Assembly (NCBI GenBank): GCA_963790305.1
Contig: CAWBOC010000010.1
Location: forward strand, 96,001-160,000
Origin: an uncultured Gemmatimonadaceae bacterium
Lineage (GTDB): Bacteria; Gemmatimonadota; Gemmatimonadetes; Gemmatimonadales; Gemmatimonadaceae
DNA length: 64,000 nt
Direction of reading: 5' to 3'
In this document: positions 21,233 to 29,850 of the stretch, in pieces
Position numbering within the stretch: the first letter of the stretch is position 1
How the letters are laid out: every line of letters begins with the position of its first letter
The notes under the pieces: generated by a model
The model's input: the letters and a program-made list of their open reading frames with translations, nothing else
What the model was told of the DNA's origin: nothing
Database searches by the model: none
Translations under genes and position numbers: made by a program

Positions 21233-22171
21233 ATGATGAATCAGGAACCGTCGGAGCGCGCGCAACCGCCGCGCCGCGTCACGCCGCTGGCCGTCACGCC
21301 GGTCCAGATGCCTGACGAGCTGCTCTTTCCACTCACGCGGGGGGCAGTGGAGAAGCTGGTGCACCGCGCGCTGCTCGAAGATGGCGCCTATACCGACATC
21401 ACCACGATCGCGACGGTGCTGTCGAATCGACGCGCGCGCGGGACGCTCGTGGCACGGCAGTCGGGCGTCGTCGCCGGCATCCCACTCGCGCTCGAGGCGT
21501 TTCGGCTGGTCGATCCCAAGGTGTCCATTCGCATCGACGTCGAGGACGGGATTCCCGTTGCGGCAAATCATCCGGTGTTGTTCGTCACCGGCCATGCGCG
21601 CGAGATTCTGTCCGCTGAGCGGGTGGCGCTCAACTTTCTCGGGCGCCTGTCGGGCATTGCGACGCTCACCGCTCGGTACGTCGACGCGGTCGCTGGGACC
21701 AGGGCGCGCATCGTGGACACGCGCAAGACGACGCCGGGATGGCGCAAGCTCGAGAAGTACGCCGTACGCGCCGGTGGCGGCCTCAATCATCGCATGGATC
21801 TCGCGACGGGCGTCCTCATCAAGGACAATCACCTCGCGGCCGTCGATGGGGATGTCGCGTTGGCGGTGCGCCGCGCACGAGAGAAGGCTCCGGCTGGGAT
21901 GCGCATCGAGGTCGAGTGCGAGCGCCCCGAGCAGGTCGAGGCCGCGGTCACCGCCGGAGCAGACATCGTGATGCTCGACAACATGCACATCACCACGATG
22001 CGGGAATGCGTGCAGCTGGTGAACGGCCGCGCGATCGTCGAGGCGTCGGGAGGCGTCACGCTCGAGTCGGTTCGCGCGATCGCCATGACCGGCGTCGACT
22101 GGATATCCATCGGCGCGCTCACGCACTCGGCGCCCTCGTTGGATGTTGCCCTGGAGTTCGATCCGGCGTGA
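21233..22171 (+). CDS. nadC: Nicotinate-nucleotide pyrophosphorylase (carboxylating)
   Basis: DTRKTTPG, NHRM, LIKDNH, MLDNM, EASGG, ISIGALTHS. Confidence 0.95.
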   Translation: MMNQEPSERAQPPRRVTPLAVTPVQMPDELLFPLTRGAVEKLVHRALLEDGAYTDITTIATVLSNRRARGTLVARQSGVVAGIPLALEAFRLVDPKVSIRIDVEDGIPVAANHPVLFVTGHAREILSAERVALNFLGRLSGIATLTARYVDAVAGTRARIVDTRKTTPGWRKLEKYAVRAGGGLNHRMDLATGVLIKDNHLAAVDGDVALAVRRAREKAPAGMRIEVECERPEQVEAAVTAGADIVMLDNMHITTMRECVQLVNGRAIVEASGGVTLESVRAIAMTGVDWISIGALTHSAPSLDVALEFDPA

Positions 22172-22821
22172 GCACGCTGCTGATCACGGCGCTTTTGCTT
22201 GGCGCCGCGCACTCCTTCGCCCCCGATCATCTGGCCGCCATCGGCGTCTTCGTGAGCCGAAGACCGCACTGGAGGCGCGCCCTCGCCGTCGGCGCACGCT
22301 GGGGAGTGGGACACTCCCTGGTGATCCTGATTGTCGGCGGGGCCCTCGTGCTCACCGGATGGCGCTTTCCGGCACCGATGGCGCCCTGGGTCGAGCGAAT
22401 CGTCGGTGTGACGCTCGTCGTCGTCGGTGTCGTTGCGCTCGTGCGCGCCTTGCGGGTTCACGCCCACCGGCATGAGCACGACGGCGTCGCGCACTGGCAC
22501 CTGCATTCGCACCGCCGCTCCGAGGAGCACGACCACATCCATCATGCAGCGCTCGGGATGGGGATGCTCCACGGTCTCGCCGGGACGGGCGCACTCGTGA
22601 TCGCGCTGCCTCTCGCGGCAACCGAGTCCGCGCCCCTCGCCCTGGGCTACCTTCTCGCGTTCGGCATCGGGACCACGCTCGCAATGGCTGCCTTCGGCGT
22701 CGCGGCTGGATGGGTAGTTCGCGGCGCTGGGCGCCCGTCCCCATCACTCGTGCGTGCGACTTCGTCGGTCGCCGCGCTGGCCAGCGTGGTCGTCGGCGTG
22801 TGGTGGGTCATTGCCGCCTGA
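22168..22821 (+). CDS. UreH/HoxN-like (NiCoT-related) His-rich membrane protein
   Basis: HSFAPDHLAA, WGVGHS, His-rich loop HAHRHEHDGVAHWHLHSH, GMLHGLAG; GTGA overlap with nadC. Confidence 0.8.
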   Translation: MSTLLITALLLGAAHSFAPDHLAAIGVFVSRRPHWRRALAVGARWGVGHSLVILIVGGALVLTGWRFPAPMAPWVERIVGVTLVVVGVVALVRALRVHAHRHEHDGVAHWHLHSHRRSEEHDHIHHAALGMGMLHGLAGTGALVIALPLAATESAPLALGYLLAFGIGTTLAMAAFGVAAGWVVRGAGRPSPSLVRATSSVAALASVVVGVWWVIAA

Positions 22822-22954
22822 CGAGCCACCCCCCGAGCCGGAAGAGATCTGTGAGGTCTGCGGGTCGGTGGACGTGGTGTGGATGCAGTGCAAGCTGTTA
22901 TGCAGGAACTGCGGGTCGATCGTCAAGTCGTGCGCGGATCTGAGGCGGGTTTGA
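22811..22954 (+). CDS. Cys-rich zinc-finger-like microprotein (about 47 aa)
   Basis: CEVCG-x8[10 protein letters not shown]5-CADL. TTG start overlaps the upstream gene end; 3' end overlaps yyaL. Confidence 0.6.
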   Translation: MPPDEPPPEPEEICEVCGSVDVVWMQCKLLCRNCGSIVKSCADLRRV

Positions 22955-25007
22955 ACGGCGAAGACGTCGTAGCAGCCTCCTCCAGCAGCGACCTCAGCCT
23001 ACCCGGATCGGAAGTCGGCTCCGAGCAGAGATAGTGACGGCACACGTACCCCGTGGCGCTTCCGTCTCTGGCGACGCGGTCCTCGAGGAGCGCCACGGTG
23101 GCTCCTTCACCGGGGGCACCGCCGGCCAGGACGAGCGCGGGCAGATACTGCCGAGCCACCTCCGCCGTGAGCGCGCGAAAGTCCTCACGTTGCGGGTCGC
23201 CAACGATCGCGACTTCAGTGGCACCGTTGATCGCCAGATCGGCTGCACCTAACAAGTACCCGAACGCGGCCCCGTGCTGCGCCAGTGGAGCGGCCAGGGT
23301 CTCGAGCATCCACGTCGCTCGGCGCTGCATGTCGGAGTCACGAAAGAGCTCGGCAAGGCGCAAGAGAAGCTCGACTGCGAGAGAGGTCCCGGCGGGGGTC
23401 GCGTTGTCGGTCACCTCGCGAGGGCGGGTGATCAACCGCTCGTGGTCGTGCGCCGTATCGAAGAACATGTTGGCGCTTTCGTCCCAGAAGGACGCGACCA
23501 TCGCATCGCCCAGTAGGCGAGCCCGCGTGAGCCACGAAGCGTCGAACGTGAGCTCGTAGAGCGAGAGAAACGCCAGCGCGACGGCCGCATGGTCCTCGAG
23601 AAAACCAGCGATGCGCGCTCGCCCATCTTTCCACGAGCGAGAAACCTTGTTCTCCTGAACCAGCTCGCGCGCGAGAAACTCGCCGGAGTGTAGTGCCGCG
23701 GCACGCCAGTCTTCGCGGCCACCCACACGAGCACCGTCGGCCAGGGCACGAAGCATGAGGCCGTTCCACGATGCGAGCACTTTTTCATCGCGTCCCGGCC
23801 ACACGCGCGCCGCCCGGCGCTCGTACAGCTTCGCCCGTGCTCGGCGAACCGCGTCCTCCAGGTGGGAGCGCTCAATGCTCTCCCGTGCAGCGACCGCGGA
23901 GGGCTCGTTGGGCACGTGAAGGATGTTGTGTCCCTCGAAGTTTCCACCCGGGCTCACACCCCAATACTTCGAGACGAGTGCGGCGTCTTCCCCCACGACT
24001 TCCTCGAGCTCGGCAGCACTCCATACATAGAACTTGCCTTCCTCACCCTCGCTGTCGGCGTCGAGCGAGGAGTAGAAGCCGCCCTCGGGTGAGCGCATTT
24101 CCCGAAGGGCCCAATCGATGGTGTCCTCCGTCACGCGTCGGGTCTCGTCGTCGCCGGTGGCCTGCCAAAGATGAACGCCGAGGCGCGCCAGGAGCGCGTT
24201 GTCGTACAGCATCTTCTCGAAGTGCGGCACCAGCCACACCGCGTCGACTGCATAACGATGAAAGCCCCCGCCCACCTGATCGTATATCCCGCCGCGTGCC
24301 ATCCGTCGGAACGAGTGAGTGGCGATCTCGAGGGCGTGCGACGTCCCGGTGCGACGCCAATAGCGCAGCGAGAAGTCGAGCGCCATGGCCTGCGGGAACT
24401 TGGGTGCCCCTTCGAATCCCCCCTGGCGTGCGTCGTACCGCTGCGCGATCGAGCGCCAGGCGCGGTCGAGCAGGGCGGGGCTGAGCCCACCGGTACTGCG
24501 GGGAGCGGTCGTGGCAGCAACGTAGATGCTCTTGAGCTGCTCCCCGGAGCGCATGACCTCCTCGCGCCGGGTGCGATACGCATCCGCCACCCCGGCGAGG
24601 ACGCGCCGGAACGACGGCATCCCCATGCGATCGTCGGGCGGGTAGTACGTGCCGCCGAAGAATGGCACGCCCTCGGGCGTGAGAAACATCGTCATCGGCC
24701 AGCCGCCATGTCCGGTCATTGCCTGGACGGCGCTCATGTAAATCCCGTCGAGATCGGGACGCTCTTCGCGGTCGACCTTGATGTTGACGAAGTGATCGTT
24801 CATGACGCGCGCCGTCGCCTCATCCTCGAACGATTCGCGCTCCATTACGTGGCACCAGTGACAGGCCGCGTAGCCAATGCTGAGAAGAATCGGCTTGTCC
24901 TCGCGCTGTGCGCGCTCCAGCGCCTCGCTGCCCCACGGGTACCAGTCGACCGGGTTGTGGGCGTGCTGAAGGAGATAGGGACTCGTCTCGTGAGCTAGTC
25001 GGTTCAT
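22923..25007 (-). CDS. yyaL: Thioredoxin-domain / six-hairpin glycosidase-like protein (YyaL/SSP411 family)
   Basis: [46 protein letters not shown]. Confidence 0.92.
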   Translation of the reverse strand: MNRLAHETSPYLLQHAHNPVDWYPWGSEALERAQREDKPILLSIGYAACHWCHVMERESFEDEATARVMNDHFVNIKVDREERPDLDGIYMSAVQAMTGHGGWPMTMFLTPEGVPFFGGTYYPPDDRMGMPSFRRVLAGVADAYRTRREEVMRSGEQLKSIYVAATTAPRSTGGLSPALLDRAWRSIAQRYDARQGGFEGAPKFPQAMALDFSLRYWRRTGTSHALEIATHSFRRMARGGIYDQVGGGFHRYAVDAVWLVPHFEKMLYDNALLARLGVHLWQATGDDETRRVTEDTIDWALREMRSPEGGFYSSLDADSEGEEGKFYVWSAAELEEVVGEDAALVSKYWGVSPGGNFEGHNILHVPNEPSAVAARESIERSHLEDAVRRARAKLYERRAARVWPGRDEKVLASWNGLMLRALADGARVGGREDWRAAALHSGEFLARELVQENKVSRSWKDGRARIAGFLEDHAAVALAFLSLYELTFDASWLTRARLLGDAMVASFWDESANMFFDTAHDHERLITRPREVTDNATPAGTSLAVELLLRLAELFRDSDMQRRATWMLETLAAPLAQHGAAFGYLLGAADLAINGATEVAIVGDPQREDFRALTAEVARQYLPALVLAGGAPGEGATVALLEDRVARDGSATGYVCRHYLCSEPTSDPGRLRSLLEEAATTSSPFKPASDPRTT

Positions 25008-25012
25008 GCGGC

Positions 25013-25102
25013 GCGGAATGCGGAATGCGGATTGCGGATGGGGACTGCTTGCCTCATGGTGTCATCACGCATGCCGCATTCCGCAATCCGCAATCCGCAA
25101 TC
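25013..25102. repeat. Family B palindromic heptamer element (GGAATGC/GGATTGC) between divergent genes
   Basis: Tandem GCGGAAT/GCGGATT units facing CCGCATT/CCGCAAT units. Confidence 0.8.
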
Positions 25103-25107
25103 AGACC

Positions 25108-26482
25108 ATGCCCCTCGCTCCTGAGCTCGACCGCTTCCTCGCTGACAACGATGGTCGCATCCACGACGAGCTGTTCGAGTTTCTCCGCATTCCCAGCGTC
25201 AGCGCTCGCTCCGAGCATCGGCCGGATACGCTGCGCGCTGCGGAGTGGCTCGCGGCGCGAATGCGCGACGTGGGGCTCACCACCGAGGTCGTGCCAACCG
25301 ACGGACATCCGATCGTCATCGGTGAATGGCGCAAGGCGGGCGAGGGCGCGCCCACGGTGCTCATCTACGGACACTACGATGTGCAGCCCGCGGAACCGCT
25401 CGAGCTCTGGGAGTCGCCGCCCTTCGAGCCAACGGTGCGGCGCGGGCGCATCTATGCGCGCGGCGCTGTCGACGACAAGGGACAGCTGTATCTACACGTC
25501 AAGGCGCTCGAGGCGCATCTCCGCACTCGCGGCACGCTCCCCATCAACGTGATCGTTCTCGCGGAGGGCGAGGAGGAGATCGGCAGCCCGAACCTCGCCA
25601 CCTTCGTCGAGACCCAGGCCAAACGGCTCGACTGCGACGCCGTCGTCATCAGCGACTCGTCGATGTTTGCGCCGGGCCTGCCCTCGATTCTGTCGTCCCT
25701 GCGCGGGATGACCTATCTGCAGATCGACCTTCAGGGCCCGGCGGTCGATCTGCACTCCGGGTCGTACGGCGGTGCGGTGATCAATCCCGCCACGGCACTC
25801 GCGCGCATCATTGCGAGCTTTCACGATGAGAACTATCGCGTCGCCATCCCGGGCTTTTACGACAAAGTGCGTGAATGGTCACCGGACGCTCGCGACCGAA
25901 TCCGCGCACTCCCGTTCGAGGAGTCGAAGTTCGGCGACGAGGTCGGCGCGCCCGTCGCTTGGCGGGGAGAAGGGTCAGTCGACGCTGGAGCGCATCTGGA
26001 CTCGCCCAACGTGCGAGATCAACGGGTTGCTGAGCGGCTACACCGGCGAGGGCGCGAAGACCGTTCTGCCGGCGACGGCGATGGCGAAGGTGAGCTGCCG
26101 CCTCGTCCCCGACCAGGATCCGGATGAGATCGCCACGCTCGTGCGCGCGCACGTCGAGCGCGTGGCGCCGCCTGGCGTCACGGTCACCATCCGCGCGCTG
26201 CACGGCGGGCGGCCATGGCGCGCGGACCTCAAAGGCCCGCTGTACGACGCCGCCCGCCGTGCGCTCGCGGCGGCTTTTGGACGAGAACCCGTCATCGTCG
26301 GCGAAGGCGGATCCATTCCCGTCGTCGGGGACTTCGAGCGCATTCTCGAGGCGCCTGTTCTCCTGGTCGGATTTGGGCTTCCGGGGGAGAACGCGCACGC
26401 TCCGAATGAATGGATGAGCGACGAGAACTTCGTGAAGGGAACGCGCGCGATCGCTGCACTCTGGGACGAACTGCGGGCCTAA
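25108..26482 (+). CDS. M20 family dipeptidase, interrupted by a +1 frameshift near 25952
   Basis: YGHYDVQP, RGAVDDKGQ, EGEEEIGS and DLHSG in one frame; RPTCEING, EGGSIP and AHAPNE in the next. Removing one C from CCC 25951-25953 restores EVGAPSLGGEKG. Confidence 0.85.
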
Positions 26483-26519
26483 AATCGGGCTGAACGACCG
26501 GACGGGCCTCGAAAAGGGC

Positions 26520-26552
26520 TTGACGCGGGCTGTAATTTAGGCTATCCTAAAT
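26520..26552 (+). promoter_or_regulatory. Sigma70-type promoter overlapped by a DtxR/MntR-like operator
   Basis: TTGACG (26520-25)-17 bp-TATCCT (26543-48); perfect inverted repeat ATTTAGG-N4-CCTAAAT at 26535-26552. Confidence 0.7.
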
Positions 26553-26670
26553 CTGCCGTTATCTGTTACTAATTCTGCCTTTCGGTCCGTCTATTAGGTG
26601 GTTGAACCGGATAGCTGAACTCACAATACGGCGCGAACGCTGGTCGTAGCGCGTAGCGCATCGGATCCAC

Positions 26671-27708
26671 ATGTCCAAGGACTCGCCCCTCTCACGTCGC
26701 GCCCTGCTCAAAGCGGGCGCACTCGGCACAGTGGCAGCCGGCGGTGCCGCAGCCCTCCGCACCCTTCACGGCGTGGCCGAGGCCCAGCAGCGCGTCGACA
26801 CGACCGGCGGGCGCGCGGTCGTGCACGGATCGCACGACGCCATGATCGCGGTCGGCGAGCTGACTCCCGGCCAGTTCGACCCCACCGCCTTCCTCACCCA
26901 CTTCGATTACGGGACCGTCTCCCGCCTGCCTAACGGCCAGACGTTGCGCGAGTATACGATCGTCGCCGAAGATCGGGAGATCGAGGTCGCCCCGGGGGTG
27001 TTCTACCCGGCGTGGACCTACAACGGCCAGGTTCCCGGTCCGACCATTCGGTGCACCGAGGGTGACCGCGTACGCATCCACTTTACGAATAACGGCAAGC
27101 ACATCCACTCGATCCACTTTCACGGAATTCATCCCGCGAACATGGATGGCGCATTCGAGATGATTCCGCCGGGTGAGCGGTACGTCTACGAGTTCGACGC
27201 CGAGCCGTTCGGGCTGCACCTGTATCACTGCCACACCGTCCCGATCAAGCGCCACATCCACAAGGGATTGTACGGCGCATTCATCATCGATCCGAAAGAG
27301 GGCCGCCCAGCGGCGAACGAGCTCGTGATGGTGATGAACGGGTTCGACACGAACTTCGACAACGAGAACGAAGTTTACGCCGTGAACACGGTGGCCTTTC
27401 ACTATCAGAAGCATCCGATTCCGATCAAGCTCGGCGAGCTGACACGGGTGTATCTCATCAACATTACCGAGTTCGATCTGCTCAACTCGTTGCACATTCA
27501 CGGCAACATGTTCCGGTTGTACCGCACCGGCACGAGCCTGACGAACTCCGAATTGACCGACATCGTGACGCTCGGGCAGGGTGAGCGCTCGGTGCTGGAG
27601 TTCACGTACAAGTTCCCGGGCCAGTTCATGTTTCACGCGCATCAGAGCGAGTTCGCCGAGCTCGGGTGGAGCGGGATCTTCCGCGTGGAGGAGCCCGCCC
27701 GTGTCTAG
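26671..27708 (+). CDS. Tat-exported two-domain multicopper oxidase
   Basis: Tat motif SRRALLK; HSIHFHG and YHCHTVPIKRHIHKGL in domain 1; SLHIHG and MFHAHQ in domain 2. Confidence 0.88.
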   Translation: MSKDSPLSRRALLKAGALGTVAAGGAAALRTLHGVAEAQQRVDTTGGRAVVHGSHDAMIAVGELTPGQFDPTAFLTHFDYGTVSRLPNGQTLREYTIVAEDREIEVAPGVFYPAWTYNGQVPGPTIRCTEGDRVRIHFTNNGKHIHSIHFHGIHPANMDGAFEMIPPGERYVYEFDAEPFGLHLYHCHTVPIKRHIHKGLYGAFIIDPKEGRPAANELVMVMNGFDTNFDNENEVYAVNTVAFHYQKHPIPIKLGELTRVYLINITEFDLLNSLHIHGNMFRLYRTGTSLTNSELTDIVTLGQGERSVLEFTYKFPGQFMFHAHQSEFAELGWSGIFRVEEPARV

Positions 27709-28906
27709 CGCCTCTAGCGCGTCTAGCGCCTCTAGCGCCTCTAGCACTCGTACGAACCGCCTCCTCCTCGGGCTCGGGCCGCTCGCGCTGCTCGCGCTGC
27801 TCATCTTCGCATTCCTCAAGGTCGGGCCGCTGGGCGTCTTCCGCGCCGCGTTTCCCCCGGTCGAGGAGCTGACGATCGAGCGCGTGACGCTGCCGAAGGC
27901 GGGAGAGATGGTCGTGCACGTCGTCAACGGCGGTCCCGAAGCGGTCACGGTGGCCCAGGTGCTCGTCGATGACGCGTCGTGGCTCCATTACATCGATGGT
28001 GAGCGCACCATTAGCCGGCTCGAGCGTCGCGCGATTCGCATCCCGTACCCGTGGGTCGAGGGCGAGCCGCACGTCGTGCGTCTCATCACCAGTACCGGTC
28101 TCACCTTCGATACGACGATCGAGGTCGCGACGACAACCCCGACTGCCAATGCGCGATACCTCACCACGTTTGCGCTCCTTGGCGTGTACGTCGGTGTCAT
28201 CCCGGTGTTTCTGGGACTCCTCTGGTTTCCCTTTCTGCGGACGGCGAGCCGCCGCTGGCTCGACTTCTTCCTGTCACTCACCGTTGGCCTGCTGATCTTT
28301 CTCGGGGTCGACGCGTTCGCTGAGGCGCTCGAGACTTCCGCGCGCGTCGCGGGCGCCTTTCAGGGCCTCGGCGTCGTCTTGTTAGGCGTGCTCGGAACGC
28401 CCCTCGCGCTCGCCGCGATCGGCCACCGCAATCGCGGGACAGGGAAGGGAACTTCCGCGTTTCACGTCTCGCTGTTGATCGCCATCGGCATTGGCTTGCA
28501 CAACCTCGGTGAGGGTCTCGCGATCGGGGCCGCCTACTCCACCGGCGCGATCGCGCTCGGCACCTTCCTGATCATTGGCTTCCTGCTACACAACACGACG
28601 GAAGGGCTCGGGATTCTCGCGCCCATCGCGACCGAGCGGCCGAGTATCGCGCGGCTCGCGATGTTGGGAGCGATCGCGGGAGTGCCGACCGTCCTCGGTG
28701 CCTGGATCGGCGCCTTTACGTACTCGCCGCTGTGGACGACGCTGTTCTTCGCGGTCGGCGCGGGTGCCATCGTGCAGGTCGTGTGGGAGCTGATCAAGCT
28801 GTTCTCCCGTCGTTCCGAAGGCGGCCTCACCGCGCCGTTGAATGTCGCTGGAGTGATGGCGGGGCTGCTGATCATGTACGTCACCGGTCTCCTGGTTCCC
28901 GCATGA
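27701..28906 (+). CDS. ZIP family metal transporter with an N-terminal extracytoplasmic domain
   Basis: HNLGEGLAIG and HNTTEG ZIP motifs; GTG start overlapping the oxidase stop. Confidence 0.88.
   Translation: MSSASSASSASSASSTRTNRLLLGLGPLALLALLIFAFLKVGPLGVFRAAFPPVEELTIERVTLPKAGEMVVHVVNGGPEAVTVAQVLVDDASWLHYIDGERTISRLERRAIRIPYPWVEGEPHVVRLITSTGLTFDTTIEVATTTPTANARYLTTFALLGVYVGVIPVFLGLLWFPFLRTASRRWLDFFLSLTVGLLIFLGVDAFAEALETSARVAGAFQGLGVVLLGVLGTPLALAAIGHRNRGTGKGTSAFHVSLLIAIGIGLHNLGEGLAIGAAYSTGAIALGTFLIIGFLLHNTTEGLGILAPIATERPSIARLAMLGAIAGVPTVLGAWIGAFTYSPLWTTLFFAVGAGAIVQVVWELIKLFSRRSEGGLTAPLNVAGVMAGLLIMYVTGLLVPA
27704..27747. repeat. Tandem 9-mer TCTAGCGCC (family A) at the oxidase/ZIP junction
   Basis: About 4.5 tandem copies; translates as SSASSASSASSASS in the ZIP frame. 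Confidence 0.85.
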
Positions 28907-29718
28907 GAATCCGTTCGCTCGCGGCCGTGGCGGCATGCGCGCTCGCATCGGTGGTGGACGCGCAGGTGGCAGGGCAGAGCACCGGCCCCCGGCCGCCGGT
29001 CCGCGACAACAGCTTCCTCGTCGAGGAGGCGTACAATCAAGAGGCGCGCGTCGTTCAGCACGTCAGTGTGCTTTCAGTGACGCGCGAGAGTGACGGCTGG
29101 GAGTATGGGTTCACGCAGGAGTGGCCCGCGGGCAGTCAGCGCCACCAGCTGAGCGTCACCGTGCCGATCGTGAATGCGGCGGATGCGACCGGCGTTGGCG
29201 ATGTCGCCCTCAACTACCGGTACCAGCTCGCCTTCGACGACGCGAGCGGCAATGCCGTGGCGCCGCGCGTGAGTCTCGTGCTTCCCACCGGGGACGCCGA
29301 GCAGGGGCGCGGGACGTCGTCGTTAGGTCTTCAGGTGAATCTGCCGGTGAGCTGGGGATGGCACCGTACCTTTGTCACGCACTGGAACGTCGGCGGGGCG
29401 TGGACGCCATCGGCCCGCGCACCGTCGGGGGGAAGAAGTGCCACGCGCGATGTCACGGCGGCCGCCAGCGCGATCTGGCTGGCGAGGCGCGCGGTCAACC
29501 TGATGCTCGAGTTCGCCTGGGCGCGTGAAGAGTTCGCCGTGGGAGCCGATGCACGCGTTGCGGAAGAATCGGCCTGGATCTCGCCGGGCGTGCGTGCCGC
29601 GATCGATTTCCCCAGCGGTCTCCAGATTGTTCCCGGTCTCGCGTTTCCCATCGGCATCGGTCCGAGCGATGGCGAAAAGCGCGTGCTGGTGTACCTCAGC
29701 TTCGAGCACGGCTTCTAG
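28903..29718 (+). CDS. Putative outer-membrane beta-barrel transporter (MetA-pathway/SphA-like)
   Basis: Signal peptide, DNSFLVEEAYNQE, alternating strands, LPTG turn, C-terminal YLSFEHGF; ATGA overlap. Confidence 0.7.
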   Translation: MRIRSLAAVAACALASVVDAQVAGQSTGPRPPVRDNSFLVEEAYNQEARVVQHVSVLSVTRESDGWEYGFTQEWPAGSQRHQLSVTVPIVNAADATGVGDVALNYRYQLAFDDASGNAVAPRVSLVLPTGDAEQGRGTSSLGLQVNLPVSWGWHRTFVTHWNVGGAWTPSARAPSGGRSATRDVTAAASAIWLARRAVNLMLEFAWAREEFAVGADARVAEESAWISPGVRAAIDFPSGLQIVPGLAFPIGIGPSDGEKRVLVYLSFEHGF

Positions 29719-29850
29719 GGGTCAGGAGTCAGGGGTCAGGGATCAGGGGATGTCGGGGGAAGCGGTGCCAGGAGAGCGACGTGTCGTTCCCTCCTGCGAC
29801 CCAACCCCTGCCCCCCCTGATCCCTGACCCCTGACTCCTGACCCCTAGAA
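29713..29850. repeat. Family C palindromic heptamer element between convergent genes (likely bidirectional terminator)
   Basis: 37-bp perfect inverted repeat of AGGGGTC/AGGAGTC/AGGGATC units that includes both TAG stop codons. Confidence 0.9.

Noticed and set aside
25940..25970. Programmed ribosomal frameshifting in the M20 peptidase (and Omp85)
   Set aside because: No slippery sequence or stimulator; single-base duplication errors are more parsimonious.
26671..27708. Copper nitrite reductase (nirK) call
   Set aside because: It has HCH and HxH motifs for a trinuclear cluster rather than the NirK pattern, so it fits a two-domain multicopper oxidase.
29713..29850. CRISPR array or IS/MITE interpretation of the repeat elements
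   Set aside because: No repeat-spacer periodicity, no cas or transposase genes, and no clear target-site duplications.
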